In this document: positions 29,113-40,110 of the stretch, piece by piece | Position numbering within the stretch: the first letter of the stretch is position 1 | Layout of the letters: every line of letters begins with the position of its first letter | Origin: Gemmatimonadota bacterium | GTDB taxonomy: Bacteria; Gemmatimonadota; Gemmatimonadetes; Gemmatimonadales; Gemmatimonadaceae | NCBI GenBank assembly: GCA_040389905.1 | Contig: JAZJZK010000009.1 | Coordinates: 1-64,000 of the forward strand | DNA length: 64,000 nucleotides | Reading direction: 5' to 3' | Notes under the pieces: generated by a model | The model's input: only the letters and a program-made list of their open reading frames with translations | Database searches by the model: none | What the model was told of the DNA's origin: nothing | Translations under genes and position numbers: made by a program

Positions 29113-30857
29113 CGACCGGCGCTCGTGTATCGAGAATCCTCGTCGTCGAGGACAGCGCGACGCAGGCGGCGATGCTCGCTGAACTGTTGCAGCAGGCTGG
29201 CTATGCCACCGCGGTGGCGCGCCGCGCGGATCACGCGCTCGAGATCCTCGGCAAGGAAACGATCGATCTCGTGCTGAGCGACGTCATCATGCCGGGCATG
29301 GACGGTTACGAACTGACACGTCGCATCAGGGGCATACCCGCGCTGAGTGAATTGCCGGTCGTGCTCCTTACGAGCCTCACGGACCCCCTCGCGATCGTGC
29401 GCGGACTCGAATCCGGCGCGGACAACTACGTCACGAAGCCATACGAGCCCGCCTCGCTGCTGGCGCGCGTGCGCTCCGTGCTCGAACGCTCCGACGCTCC
29501 GCGCATTCACCCGAAGCCATTCTCGGTCGATCTGCTCGGGACGCCATTCACCATCACGGCCACCAAGGAGCAGATTCTCGAGTTGCTGGTGTCGAGCTAC
29601 TCGGACCTCGTCCGAACAAGCGAGGCCGTGCGCGACGCGGAGCGACGCGCTCGTTTCCTCGCAGAGGCGACCGAGTTGCTCTCGTCCTCGCTGGACGTGC
29701 ACCAGGTGTTGCGTGACCTTGCGCGCCTTGTTGTGCCGCGGATTGCGGATGTCTGTGCGGCGGACCTGATCGGTCCGGACGGACTCGCGCAGCGCATCGA
29801 GCTCGCGCATGCCTTCGCCATCGAATCGCCGGTGACGGTGAATCCCGGTGCCGCCGCGTCGCGCATCGCGCAGCGCGCCGTTGCCGAGTGTCGGCGCCAG
29901 CTGGTCACACAGGTCGATGATGATGCGCTCATCGATATCGCGCGCGATCCACAGTTGTTGGAGGAGCTGCGCCGACGAGGCCCCTATGCGCTCGTCGTCG
30001 TGCCGCTCGTCGCCCGGAAACGCGTACTCGGCTACCTCCAATTCCTGAGCGCCGACGTGGCGCGTGCATCCGCGCCGGAGTCACTGTTGTTCGTGGAGGA
30101 CCTCACCCGGCGGGCAGCGCTCGCGGTCGACAATGCGCGTCTGTATAGCGAAGCCCAGCGGGCGACACGCATGCGCGATGACGTCCTCGCCATTGTCTCG
30201 CACGACCTGCGCAATCCGCTCAACACCATCCACATGAGCACGGCGTTTCTGCTCGACCTGCTGGAAACGCCGGGCGCAACCGTTCCGCCGCTCATTCCGC
30301 AACTTCAACTCATTCGTCGCGCCACCGCGCGCGGCAATGCGCTCATTACGGACCTGTTGGATGTTTCGCGCATCGAGTCCGGCACCCTTGCTGTTGACGC
30401 GAAGATGACGCGCGCATCGGTCCTGCTCGATGAAGCGGTCTCCGAGCTGGAGCCACTCGTGATATCGAAGGGCCTTCGGCTCGAGCATGAATGGATAGGG
30501 GAAGACGCTGAACTTCCGGCGGACCGCGGTCGAGTGGCGCAGGTGTTTTCGAATCTGGTCGGCAACGCCATCAAGTTCACTCCGAAAGGCGGGCGCATTC
30601 GACTGTCCGGTACGCTGCGCGACCGCTTCGTTGAATTCGTCGTGGCCGACAATGGCGAAGGCATCGCTGCCGATCACTTGCCGCATCTCTTCGACCGTTT
30701 CTGGAAGGCGGTCAAGGCGTCGCGCGCCGGTGCGGGTCTCGGCTTGTTCATCGTAAAGGGAATTGTAGAAGGCCACGGCGGTACGATTTCTGTCGAGAGC
30801 GTTCCCGGCGAAGGCACCACCTTTCGATTCACTCTCAAGGGTGCGAGCCGTGGGTGA
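29109..30857 (+). CDS. Hybrid REC-GAF-histidine kinase
   Basis: ILVVEDS...SDVIMP; GAF; SHDLRNPL, NLVGNAIKF, GAGLGL; ATGA overlap with cheB. Confidence 0.92.
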   Translation: MTTGARVSRILVVEDSATQAAMLAELLQQAGYATAVARRADHALEILGKETIDLVLSDVIMPGMDGYELTRRIRGIPALSELPVVLLTSLTDPLAIVRGLESGADNYVTKPYEPASLLARVRSVLERSDAPRIHPKPFSVDLLGTPFTITATKEQILELLVSSYSDLVRTSEAVRDAERRARFLAEATELLSSSLDVHQVLRDLARLVVPRIADVCAADLIGPDGLAQRIELAHAFAIESPVTVNPGAAASRIAQRAVAECRRQLVTQVDDDALIDIARDPQLLEELRRRGPYALVVVPLVARKRVLGYLQFLSADVARASAPESLLFVEDLTRRAALAVDNARLYSEAQRATRMRDDVLAIVSHDLRNPLNTIHMSTAFLLDLLETPGATVPPLIPQLQLIRRATARGNALITDLLDVSRIESGTLAVDAKMTRASVLLDEAVSELEPLVISKGLRLEHEWIGEDAELPADRGRVAQVFSNLVGNAIKFTPKGGRIRLSGTLRDRFVEFVVADNGEGIAADHLPHLFDRFWKAVKASRAGAGLGLFIVKGIVEGHGGTISVESVPGEGTTFRFTLKGASRG

Positions 30858-30998
30858 GGCGACGCCAACATGAAAATGCGGCGTGCCGGAGCACGGCACA
30901 CATAGTGCGTAAACGTACTCTGCTTCATAGCGCGCAATGTTACACTGCTCACCCCGCGCGCTCGGCTCACTCGTATGGCATCGGTAGTGTCACTCCGC

Positions 30999-31442
30999 AT
31001 GGAACCGCGTCAATCGGCGCCCGGGACGGTCGCGGAAGGACTCGCCCTCGCACGGCGCCTGATGACTCGGCCGGCGGAAACCGAAGAAGCGCCAGGCAAC
31101 GCGGCATTCGAGGCGCGGATCAGCGAGCATGCGTGTCGCGCCCTCAAGCGAAGCCTCGGCGCCACTGGATTTCATGCGCTCCTCACGCGCGCGCTCGCAG
31201 AGGCGCAATTGGCGCACCCGCTGCTCGCGGAGGTACGCATCGGCCAACAGTCGGCGCCTATCCTCGGAAACCTGCAAGCACTGATCGACACGCACGGTGC
31301 GCTGGCTGTCGCGGCGGCACTGGAAGGCGCGATGGCATCGCTGTTCTCGCTGCTCGGACGACTGATCGGAGACGACATGGTGGCTCGGCTCGTCGAGCGA
31401 GATGCCAACGATGCAACACGGGATTCCGAGGAAGCACCATGA
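30999..31442 (+). CDS. Small helical hypothetical protein coupled to the KaiC-like ATPase
   Basis: ORF ends in an ATGA overlap with the kaiC-like start; LKRSLGATGFHALLTRAL...LLGRLIGDDMVARL; alternative start 30975. Confidence 0.7.
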   Translation: MEPRQSAPGTVAEGLALARRLMTRPAETEEAPGNAAFEARISEHACRALKRSLGATGFHALLTRALAEAQLAHPLLAEVRIGQQSAPILGNLQALIDTHGALAVAAALEGAMASLFSLLGRLIGDDMVARLVERDANDATRDSEEAP

Positions 31443-33157
31443 CGAACACGACGCATCGCGGCCGAGCGAAAATGGGCACAACGACCACGAACATCGAAGG
31501 CCTCGCGACAGGCGTGCCCGGCTTCGACGCCATCCTTGGTGGCGGACTTCCCATGTATTCCTTCAATCTCATTGCCGGCAGCCCTGGCAGTGGGAAAACG
31601 ACACTCGCGCAACAGATCGTGTTCGCGAACGCGACCGCCGAGCGGCCTGCGCTCTACTTCACGGTCCTTGGTGAGCCGACGCTCAAGATGCTTCGCTATC
31701 AGCGCGAATTCGGCTTCTTCGATCCCGCGCTGGTCGGCCCGGCAATCCAGTACCTCAACTTGAGTGAGGAAGCGCTCACCAATGACCTGAGTCTCGTGTT
31801 GGAGCGGATCGTGACCGAGGTGGAGCGCGCGAAGCCGGGAATCGTCGTCGTCGACTCGTTTCGCACGTTCATCGGGCAACCCGCCGGCGCCAACGACACG
31901 TCCTCGATGACCATCGAACACTTCATCCAGCGGCTCGCGTTGCACCTCACCACGTGGGAAGTCACCTCGTTTCTCATCGGCGAGTACGCGGAGCAAGAGC
32001 AGCGGAATCCCATTTTTACCGTGGCCGATGGCGTGTTCTGGCTGTCTCAGGTCACGGACCGCAACTCGGTGGTCAGGAAGCTTCAGGCGATGAAAGTTCG
32101 TGGCCGCGCGACGATGCCTGGACTCCACACGTTCCGCATTACCAACGACGGCGTCGAGGTGTTTCCGCGCATTCCCGAGCAACAGCTCGAGCGGCGCGCG
32201 ACGTCGAGTCGCCGATTGGCCACGGGAGTTCCCGGGCTCGACGAAGCGATGGGCGGCGGCATTCCAGCGGGGGACGCCGTGATGCTTGCTGGTCCCGCCG
32301 GAAGCGGCAAGACGACCTTCGCCACCCAGTTCGCCGCCGAAGGGCTGCGGCAGAAGGAAGCGGTGATCATCGTCGTCTTCGAGGAGTACCCAGAGGAATA
32401 CATCGCGCGCGCGAAATCACGCAATCAGGACATGGCCGCCTCGATCGAGGCGGGCAAGCTGAGACTGATCTATCTGAGGCCGCTCGATCTGTCGGTCGAC
32501 GAAACGCTCGCCGAGATCCTCGAGGCGGTGAAGGACCTCGGAGCCACGCGCGTCATCATCGATTCGCTCTCCGGCTTCGAGGTTGCGCTCGCCCCAGCGT
32601 TTCGTGAGGACTTTCGCGAGTCGCTCTATCGGCTGGTCGGTGCACTGACCGCCACTGGCGTGACGATCTTCATGACGACGGAGATCGTCGGAGAATACCC
32701 TCACGTGCGCTTCACGACGGAGAAGGTGTCCTTCATTACCGACGACATCATCGTGCAGCGTTTCGTGGAATTCGATGGCGCGTTGCGCACCGTGCTCGCG
32801 ATTCACAAGATGCGCGGCAGTGAGCACAGCCGGGACTTCCGCGATTACGAGATCGGTGCGAATGGCGCGGTGGTGGGCGGGCCGATTCGTAATTATCGCG
32901 GTATCATGACCGGAAATCCGGAGCCGCAAACTGGACCGCCGAGTTCCACACACAAGGGGCTGACCCTTCAGGAAACGTCCGTGTTCGACGTGCTCGTGCG
33001 GCTCGGCGAGTCATCGCGCGAGCGACTGCGTGAGCGCGCTGGGCTGACGCCGGCGCAACTCGGACAAGCGCTCGCGCGTCTCGAGATGCTCGGCTACGTG
33101 ACCGCCGATGGTGATGGCCAAGGGATACGTGCCATCGCACAGCCAGGCGCTTCGTGA
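31439..33157 (+). CDS. kaiC: KaiC-like double RecA-domain ATPase with a C-terminal winged HTH
   Basis: Two modules TGVPGFD..GSPGSGKT and TGVPGLD..GPAGSGKT, FEE, IIDSLS, KMRGS; tail GLTLQETSVFDVL...LARLEMLGYV. Symbol denotes family, not a demonstrated clock role. Confidence 0.9.
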   Translation: MTNTTHRGRAKMGTTTTNIEGLATGVPGFDAILGGGLPMYSFNLIAGSPGSGKTTLAQQIVFANATAERPALYFTVLGEPTLKMLRYQREFGFFDPALVGPAIQYLNLSEEALTNDLSLVLERIVTEVERAKPGIVVVDSFRTFIGQPAGANDTSSMTIEHFIQRLALHLTTWEVTSFLIGEYAEQEQRNPIFTVADGVFWLSQVTDRNSVVRKLQAMKVRGRATMPGLHTFRITNDGVEVFPRIPEQQLERRATSSRRLATGVPGLDEAMGGGIPAGDAVMLAGPAGSGKTTFATQFAAEGLRQKEAVIIVVFEEYPEEYIARAKSRNQDMAASIEAGKLRLIYLRPLDLSVDETLAEILEAVKDLGATRVIIDSLSGFEVALAPAFREDFRESLYRLVGALTATGVTIFMTTEIVGEYPHVRFTTEKVSFITDDIIVQRFVEFDGALRTVLAIHKMRGSEHSRDFRDYEIGANGAVVGGPIRNYRGIMTGNPEPQTGPPSSTHKGLTLQETSVFDVLVRLGESSRERLRERAGLTPAQLGQALARLEMLGYVTADGDGQGIRAIAQPGAS

Positions 33158-33158
33158 C

Positions 33159-34916
33159 GTGACCCACGCGACCGATTCGCACCGCTACACCGACGCGGTG
33201 GCTGGCGCGAGCACTCCCGCGGAGCAGGCATTTGCGGGCTGTCTGGCGCACGTCACGGCTGCGTTCGCCGTGACATCCGGCGTGCAACACTCGATCATTT
33301 ACGCGAATGCCGCCTTTCGCGCGCTCGTCGCGTACGGCGAGGCCGAACTCGTTGGCGCCATGCTGACACAGGCGGTGGCGCCGCGCGACGCCCACCTTTT
33401 TACGGCACTGCTCGACCGCGCGTTCCGCACAGGCCACGTTGTACGGAACAAACGGCTCGCGATCGTCAGCGATGCGCGGAAGCTCCTGTGTTGCACGGTC
33501 TGGCCGAGCCAGAACGATCGTGGAACGAGCGAGCACATGGTCATCGAATTGCGCCCGATCACCCGCGGAGAGCAAACGCTGGCGCTGCAACGCGACGTTG
33601 CCGAGCGACTCCTGCTCAGCGCACTGCGCGAACAGGATGCCGCGGCACTCGCCGAGGGATCGCGCCGCGCCGCGCAATTCCTCGCTCGGGAAAGCAGGCG
33701 CCTCGCCGAGTCGCTGCATGAAGCCACCACCAAGTTGGCCATGACCGCCATGTCGCTGCCGTATGTTGGCGATTGGTGCATCGTCGACATGCTCGATGAC
33801 GACGCGATCATGCACCGGCTGTCCATCATTCATCCGGACCCGGCGAAGCAGGCGATTCTCGAAGAATTGGACGGACGTTGGACTCCCGATCCGGACGACG
33901 AGTTCGGTTTACCCGCCGCGCTGCGCAACGGTGCCGCCTCGATTCTGGCCGATGACGTTGACGAGGCGCTCGGTACGGCCGCTCGGGACCCGGAGATCTA
34001 CCGCGCACTTCGCGAGCTCGGCGTCGGTCCGTTGCTCACCGTGCCGCTCGTGATTCGCGACCGGCTCATTGGAGCGGTCACGTTCGTCGGTGGTCGCAAC
34101 GATCGCCCGTTCACTCGGGACGACGTCCAACTCGCCGACGAACTGGCCAGCCGGAGCGCGGCCGCACTCGATCGCGCTCGTGCCTACGGCGAGGCCATCG
34201 CGTTGACCGCGCGCGCCGATTCCGCGAGCAATGCGAAGAGCATGTTCCTTGGGATGATGAGCCACGAACTCCGCACGCCGCTCAATGCCATTGGCGGCTA
34301 CGTCGACCTCATCGACATGGAGCTCCGTGGGCCGGTCACGGCCGCGCAACGCATCGATCTGGCCCGCATCCGCAGCAATCAAAGGTATTTGTTGGGGCTC
34401 ATCACTGACCTCCTCAGCTTTACGAAGCTCGGCAGCGGCCAGCTGACGTTCAACACGACGACCCTTCTGGCGACCGACGTGCTCCAGGCCAGCGCGAACA
34501 TGATCGAGCCCCTGCTGGCTGAAAAGACGCTCCGCTTCGAGCCCGTGATCTGTGCGCCGAATATCTATGCGCTCGGTGACCGGGAGAAGGTCGTCCAGAT
34601 TCTCGTCAATCTACTGTCCAATGCCATCAAGTTCACGGCGAACGGAGGGCGAATCGCGATGACGTGCGAGACGACGGATGCGTTCGTGCTGGTCCACGTG
34701 GCCGATGATGGGATCGGCGTGCCGCCAGACAAAGTCGAACTCATCTTCGATCCCTTCGTCCAGGTCAACGGCGGAGCCACGCGCCATGAAGGTGGCATCG
34801 GGCTCGGCTTGGCCATCAGCCGCGGGCTCGCGCGCGGAATGCGCGGTAACCTGACCGTCGAGACCGAGCTGCACCACGGGGCCCGGTTCACACTCTCATT
34901 GCCGCGCGCGGTCTAG
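33159..34916 (+). CDS. PAS-GAF sensor histidine kinase
   Basis: IIYANAAF PAS start, GAF (PLVIRDRLIGAVTF), MSHELRTPLNAI, NLLSNAIKF, GIGLGL; start 33108 or 33159. Confidence 0.92.
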   Translation: MTHATDSHRYTDAVAGASTPAEQAFAGCLAHVTAAFAVTSGVQHSIIYANAAFRALVAYGEAELVGAMLTQAVAPRDAHLFTALLDRAFRTGHVVRNKRLAIVSDARKLLCCTVWPSQNDRGTSEHMVIELRPITRGEQTLALQRDVAERLLLSALREQDAAALAEGSRRAAQFLARESRRLAESLHEATTKLAMTAMSLPYVGDWCIVDMLDDDAIMHRLSIIHPDPAKQAILEELDGRWTPDPDDEFGLPAALRNGAASILADDVDEALGTAARDPEIYRALRELGVGPLLTVPLVIRDRLIGAVTFVGGRNDRPFTRDDVQLADELASRSAAALDRARAYGEAIALTARADSASNAKSMFLGMMSHELRTPLNAIGGYVDLIDMELRGPVTAAQRIDLARIRSNQRYLLGLITDLLSFTKLGSGQLTFNTTTLLATDVLQASANMIEPLLAEKTLRFEPVICAPNIYALGDREKVVQILVNLLSNAIKFTANGGRIAMTCETTDAFVLVHVADDGIGVPPDKVELIFDPFVQVNGGATRHEGGIGLGLAISRGLARGMRGNLTVETELHHGARFTLSLPRAV

Positions 34917-34952
34917 CCAACGAGCGCGAGCGAACACGCGGTCTGCTTCGCT

Positions 34953-37900
34953 TCAGGCGTCCAGCGCCTCCCGAATGCGCTGTAACAGGAACGCGGGCGA
35001 GAACGGCTTGGGGACGAACCCGGCACCCGTCTGTTCGACACCCAGTCGAGTCGCCGCATCCTCCGCGTATCCCGACATGAACAGGACGACCACCTGCGGC
35101 TGTTGAATCAGGAGCGCTTCCGCGAGCTGCAGCCCGTTCATCTCCGGCATCACGACGTCGGTGAGCAACAGGTGAATCGGGGTTGGATGGTGCGCGGCGA
35201 TCTCCAGTGCTTCCTTCCCGTTGCGGGCTTCGAGTACTGTGTAACCCTTGGCCGACAGCACGCGCCGCGCGATATCGCGAAGGGCGTCCATGTCCTCCAC
35301 GACGAGGATTGTCTCCGATCCCCGCGTGTTACGGAGCACCGCGTCATCCTGCCCGCCGCTGAGCGGCCGCGCGACCACTGGAAGGAAAATGCTGAACGTC
35401 GTCCCCTTGCCGACATCGGAATCGACGTGCAGGTAGCCGCCGGATTGCTTCACGATTCCGTACACCGTCGCGAGCCCGAGGCCTGTGCCTTCTCCGACCG
35501 CCTTGGTCGTGAAGAATGGCTCGAAGATGCGTGCGCGCACTTCGGGCGAGATCCCAATTCCGCTATCGGCTACGGAGATCGCGACATACGTGCCCGGCAC
35601 CACGATCGACTGGTCCTCCATCTCGTCCGACGTGGTGAGTTCGACCTCGCTGGTCTTGATGCACAAACGTCCCCCCTCAGGCATCGCATCCCGGGCGTTC
35701 ACCGCGAGGTTGAGGATAACCTGCTCCAACTGGCCCGGATCCGCTTCGATGAATCCGAGTGCGTCCGCAAGCCGCGTTTCGACGATGACGTCCTCGCGGA
35801 TGAGGCGCAGCAACATCGGGCGCATTCCGGTGACGATGCTATTCATGTCGAGGACGCGGCTTTCGAGAATCTGCTTGCGCGAGAAGGCCAGCAGTTGTCG
35901 CGTCAGCGCGGCCGCGCGGTCGGCCGCATCGCGGATCTCGATGACGTCAGGCCGCTGTGGGTGGCTTCCGGGGAGATCCTCGAGCAGGAACTCCACGCTG
36001 CCCTTGATGACCGTGAGAAGATTGTTGAAGTCATGGGCGACGCCGCCGGCGAGCTGCCCCACCGCTTCCATTTTCTGCGCTTGGCGCAGCTGTTCCTCGA
36101 GCTGGCGGTTCAGCGTCGTATCGCGAAAAACCGTATGGATCGCATTCCGTCCCTCAAACTCGAACAGCACGGACGAGACTTCCATGTGACGCGTAACGCC
36201 ATCGAGTGTGACCCAGCGCATATTCGTTGAGGGCACTGACTCGCCACGTCCAATCCGAAAAAGCCGGTCCTTCTCGGCGATCCTCGATTCCGGATGCACG
36301 AGCGCGATCTTCGATTGCCCGATGAGATCGGCGGCGGACGATGCCCCTAAAATGCGTGCCGCCGATCCGTTCGCGAAGACGATATTCCCGTCAACGTGAA
36401 TCAGGATGCCATCCGGCGAGAGCTCCACGAGCGTGCGATACTGCTCTTCACTCTCTCGGAGGGCATTCGCCGCGGAAACCTCCCCCGACACGTCAACGCC
36501 GTGCAGGAGGACTCCGGAGATAGCGCCGTCCGCCTCTTCCATTGGCTGGAGCACAAAATTCACGACCTGCGCGTGTTCCTCACCCGTTCTCCCGTGAAGC
36601 GTCATCGTCGCATGCGTGCCGACGTACGGCCGTCCTGTGGCGAGTACCTCATCGGCGCGTGCGAAGAGTCGCTTCCCGGAGTCCTCCGTGATCGCGTCCC
36701 TCCCCGCAATTCCCATCGGGTTTCGTCCGATGAGGCGAATGAACTCGTGGTTCGCCATTTCAAAGACGTGCGCGGGTCCGCGCATCACCGCGATAAAGGC
36801 CGGTGATTCCGTGAAGATGGCAGCGAGCCTGTTCCGCTCGAACTCGAGCGACTCGACCAGCCGAACGCGCTCCCGCTCTTTCTCCTGACGTTCGGTCACG
36901 TCGACGTTTACGCCCACCACACAAGTGATCGTTCCGTCCGCGTCGCGGATGGGCGCCGCAGAATTGAGGATGGACAGCCACTTCCCATCACTACGTCGCA
37001 TCTCGATGAGCTGGCCGTTCACCGCGTGCCCGGTCCGAAGCGCAACCGACGCCGGCCAGTCCTCTGGTGTCAACTCCCGACCCGTGTCGGCGAACCAGGC
37101 CGTGATGAGGCCGTAGTCCTTGGTCGAATCCGCATGCGGAAGTGGAGCACCCCAGATCTGTAGCAAGGCGGCGTTTGCGTGAGTAACGCCTCCCTTGGCA
37201 TTGGTGATGACAACGCCAACAGGCATTGCCTCGAGCGTTGCCTCGAGCAGCCTCCGCTCGAGTTGCGCCTCGGCGAATGCCGCTTCGGCCGCGCGCTCCG
37301 CCCGAACCCGTTCCGTCACGTCCGTCGGGAGCACGATCTGGCATGGCCGACCATCCAACTCGATCGAATGCAGTACCACATCGACGTCGATCGCTTCCCC
37401 CGATTTCCGCCGGTGCTTCGTGACACCCAGCCTGGTGAGGCCGGTCGGACGCGTCAGCTTGGCCGCATCGATCGCGTTCCGCTCCTGCGGAACGACGAGA
37501 TCGTAGGCGGACAACTCGAGGAATTCATCGAGCGCATACCCGTAGAGCGCCAGCGCAGCCGCGTTCGCGGAAATGCATCGGGTCGTCTCGCTCTCCGCAA
37601 CCCAGAGGGGCGCCGGATTGCTCTCGAAGAGCATGCGATAGCGCTCGGCGCTCTCGCGCAACTCGCGCTCGGTGCGCAGGCGCTCCGTCACGTTCTGATG
37701 GGCGACCATGACGCGCTGCGCGCCATCCATCCGGACGCGCGTCGCGTCGAGCGTGAACCACCGCTCCGCGTCGGGCGAATGACACGGATACATCATCGTG
37801 AAGCGGTCGCGCTCTCCCGCGAGCATCTGTCGCAGTCCTTTTGCGACGCCGCCGGCCGACTCATCACCGCCGAGTGCCGCTGTGTCGCAGACCTGGAGAT

Positions 37901-38516
37901 AGCTCTCGCCTCGCCCGGCAAGCGCCTCGGCGTATCCATTGTCCTCGGCGAACGTCTGCCACGCACGGTTGACCTCGATGATTCGTCCGCGCTCATCGAG
38001 AATGGCGACGTGATCGCTCAACGCATCGAACGCGGAGCGAAAGAACGCACGCGTGCTCCGCAACTCTCGTTCGATCCGGGTTCGCTCCAACGCGTAGCGC
38101 ACGCTCCGCTCGAGCGGGCCAGCCCGCAGCTCGGATTTTTCCAGCAGGTGCGCAATGCCGGCGCGCGATGCTGCTTCATCGACTTGGTGGCTTGCCATGC
38201 CCGTGAGCAGGACCACCGCCACACTCAGTGTCGAGCCGAATGCTTCCTCCAGCAGGTCGAGTCCGCTCCGCGCGCCGAGGCCATGATCCAGCAGGATGAC
38301 ATCGTACACGCCGATTCTGATCGCATGCAGCGCAGTCGCATAGCTGTGCACGCAATCCGTCGAACAGGTGAACCACGGAATCTCGGAAAGTGCATGCCGA
38401 GTCAACGCGGCGTCCTCCTCGTCATCATCGATGACCAGGACGCGCAGATGCGTTGTTCCGTCGTTCTCGGCGAGACTCACGCGGCGCGTGACGTCCATGC
38501 GATCGGCGAATTGCAT
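34953..38516 (-). CDS. Hybrid histidine kinase REC-multiple PAS-HisKA-HATPase-REC
   Basis: N-terminal REC, about five PAS domains, [21 protein letters not shown]-terminal [16 protein letters not shown] overlap. Confidence 0.94.
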   Translation of the reverse strand: MQFADRMDVTRRVSLAENDGTTHLRVLVIDDDEEDAALTRHALSEIPWFTCSTDCVHSYATALHAIRIGVYDVILLDHGLGARSGLDLLEEAFGSTLSVAVVLLTGMASHQVDEAASRAGIAHLLEKSELRAGPLERSVRYALERTRIERELRSTRAFFRSAFDALSDHVAILDERGRIIEVNRAWQTFAEDNGYAEALAGRGESYLQVCDTAALGGDESAGGVAKGLRQMLAGERDRFTMMYPCHSPDAERWFTLDATRVRMDGAQRVMVAHQNVTERLRTERELRESAERYRMLFESNPAPLWVAESETTRCISANAAALALYGYALDEFLELSAYDLVVPQERNAIDAAKLTRPTGLTRLGVTKHRRKSGEAIDVDVVLHSIELDGRPCQIVLPTDVTERVRAERAAEAAFAEAQLERRLLEATLEAMPVGVVITNAKGGVTHANAALLQIWGAPLPHADSTKDYGLITAWFADTGRELTPEDWPASVALRTGHAVNGQLIEMRRSDGKWLSILNSAAPIRDADGTITCVVGVNVDVTERQEKERERVRLVESLEFERNRLAAIFTESPAFIAVMRGPAHVFEMANHEFIRLIGRNPMGIAGRDAITEDSGKRLFARADEVLATGRPYVGTHATMTLHGRTGEEHAQVVNFVLQPMEEADGAISGVLLHGVDVSGEVSAANALRESEEQYRTLVELSPDGILIHVDGNIVFANGSAARILGASSAADLIGQSKIALVHPESRIAEKDRLFRIGRGESVPSTNMRWVTLDGVTRHMEVSSVLFEFEGRNAIHTVFRDTTLNRQLEEQLRQAQKMEAVGQLAGGVAHDFNNLLTVIKGSVEFLLEDLPGSHPQRPDVIEIRDAADRAAALTRQLLAFSRKQILESRVLDMNSIVTGMRPMLLRLIREDVIVETRLADALGFIEADPGQLEQVILNLAVNARDAMPEGGRLCIKTSEVELTTSDEMEDQSIVVPGTYVAISVADSGIGISPEVRARIFEPFFTTKAVGEGTGLGLATVYGIVKQSGGYLHVDSDVGKGTTFSIFLPVVARPLSGGQDDAVLRNTRGSETILVVEDMDALRDIARRVLSAKGYTVLEARNGKEALEIAAHHPTPIHLLLTDVVMPEMNGLQLAEALLIQQPQVVVLFMSGYAEDAATRLGVEQTGAGFVPKPFSPAFLLQRIREALDA

Positions 38517-38959
38517 CACGCCGGCAGGTCGACGATCTCGAACCAATACTGTCCGAGTCCGCGCATTGCCCGGACGAGCCCATCGAAGGTTACCGGTTTC
38601 GTGACGAACGAATTCACTCCCAGGTCGTAGCCGCGAAAGACGTCTTCCTCCGCGGAGGAGGTGGTGAGGATGACCACCGGAATCTGACGAAGGGATTCAT
38701 CCTTCTTGATGGCCGCGAGGCACGCGAACCCGTCGCGCTTGGGCATCTTGATGTCGAGGAGAATCAGGCCCGGCCGCGGTGCGCTTCCAATGGCGGAATA
38801 CCGGCCATGCCCGCGCAGATAATCCATGAGCTCGTCGCCATCCTCCACAAAATGCACATCGTTCGCAACGCGGGCGAGCTTGAGCGCTTCGCGCGCGAAC
38901 TCGCGATCTTCCTCATCATCGTCCGCGATAAGAATGTGAATCGGTTGATTGTCCGTCAT
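38516..38959 (-). CDS. Single-domain response regulator (Rcp1-like)
   Basis: ILIADDDEED, LILLDIKMP, IPVVILTTS, YDLGVNSFVTKP. Confidence 0.94.
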   Translation of the reverse strand: MTDNQPIHILIADDDEEDREFAREALKLARVANDVHFVEDGDELMDYLRGHGRYSAIGSAPRPGLILLDIKMPKRDGFACLAAIKKDESLRQIPVVILTTSSAEEDVFRGYDLGVNSFVTKPVTFDGLVRAMRGLGQYWFEIVDLPA

Positions 38960-40110
38960 GCAACACACTGTGGAGGAAGAGGGGTGCGGCGTGCGATCAC
39001 CTGTGATGGCGCGGCGGGAAGCGTCACACGGAATCGGCTGCCCTCATCCGGCGTACCGTCTGCGCGGATCACACCGCCGTGTCGTTCCACGATCCGACGT
39101 GCGAGTGCGAGCCCCATTCCACTGCCAGCGTAGGCCGTCCGGCCGTTCAGACGCTCCAGCGGTTCGAAGATCACTTCGGCGTGCCGTGGCTCGAATCCGA
39201 TCCCGTTGTCCGCGACGCAGACGCCGGCTGATCCCTTCCGCAGCGTCGCGGCGTCGGGGTCGCACGCGTCAATGTCGATTGTCAGGACCACGTCGAGGCG
39301 ACGGAACTTCAGCGCATTCGAGATGAGATTCTGGAAGAGCTGACGCAGGAGTGTCGGATCACCTTCGAAAATCGGAAGCGCACCGACGGTGACCACGGCG
39401 CCAGCCGTGGCGATGGCAGACTCGAGGTCCACCAGAACGTCTCGTACGATCTGGTTCGCATCGACAGGGCCCATTCGCTGCGGGGCGGACAATCGCGCAA
39501 GTGCGAGCAGATCGTTGATGAGCGCCTGCATCCGCGTCGCCGCATGCATCATCCGCCCGACGTAGTCGCGCCCCAACGCCGTGGGCAGCGCGTCCGCTGT
39601 GCGCTCGAGCATATCGCCGTATGTCCGGATCTTCCGCAACGGTTCGTTGAGGTCGTGCGACGCAATCGCCGCGAACTGCTCCAGCTCCCGATTCGAGCGC
39701 TCCAACTCCCGCGAGCGCTCCGCAAGTGCGCGCTCCGCTGTCCGTCGCTCGGTGATGTCGTCAATGGCGAGCAGAATGAGGTACTCGTGTTGCTCCGGCC
39801 GAATGATCTCGCATGCATTGAGCAGCATCGAGCGCGCGCCGAGGAGAGGAAAGACGTGCTCGACGGGGAAGTCGGAGATTTCGCGATGCTTCGGAAGAAC
39901 GTCGAGCAATAGCCGACGAAGCTCGGCAATATCCCATTGTCCATTGCCGAGTTCGAACAGGTTTTGTTCGATCGTGGTGTCGGGGCTCGCGTGGAAGGCT
40001 GCGAAGTACGCGCGATTGGCGGCGACGACGCGGAATTCCGCGTCAAGGACCAGCAAGGGCTCGCGAATCGTGTCGGCGATATAGCCGCTGACGGCGAGGT
40101 GGCTCAGCAC
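38956..40110 (-). CDS. PAS sensor histidine kinase
   Basis: DTIREPLLVLD..LGNGQWDI PAS; SNRELEQFAAIASHDLNEPLRKI; NALKF; GSGMGL. Confidence 0.92.
   Translation of the reverse strand: MLSHLAVSGYIADTIREPLLVLDAEFRVVAANRAYFAAFHASPDTTIEQNLFELGNGQWDIAELRRLLLDVLPKHREISDFPVEHVFPLLGARSMLLNACEIIRPEQHEYLILLAIDDITERRTAERALAERSRELERSNRELEQFAAIASHDLNEPLRKIRTYGDMLERTADALPTALGRDYVGRMMHAATRMQALINDLLALARLSAPQRMGPVDANQIVRDVLVDLESAIATAGAVVTVGALPIFEGDPTLLRQLFQNLISNALKFRRLDVVLTIDIDACDPDAATLRKGSAGVCVADNGIGFEPRHAEVIFEPLERLNGRTAYAGSGMGLALARRIVERHGGVIRADGTPDEGSRFRVTLPAAPSQVIARRTPLPPQCVA

Noticed and set aside
30854..31438. 195-aa N-terminal extension of the KaiC-like ORF
   Set aside because: Low-complexity Arg-rich translation overlapping the better 30999..31442 ORF; the ATG at 31439 has an RBS-like GAGG and ATGA coupling
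31439..33157. Circadian clock locus
   Set aside because: No kaiA or kaiB in the window and the Ser-Thr phosphosite pair is not intact; kept only as a KaiC-like ATPase
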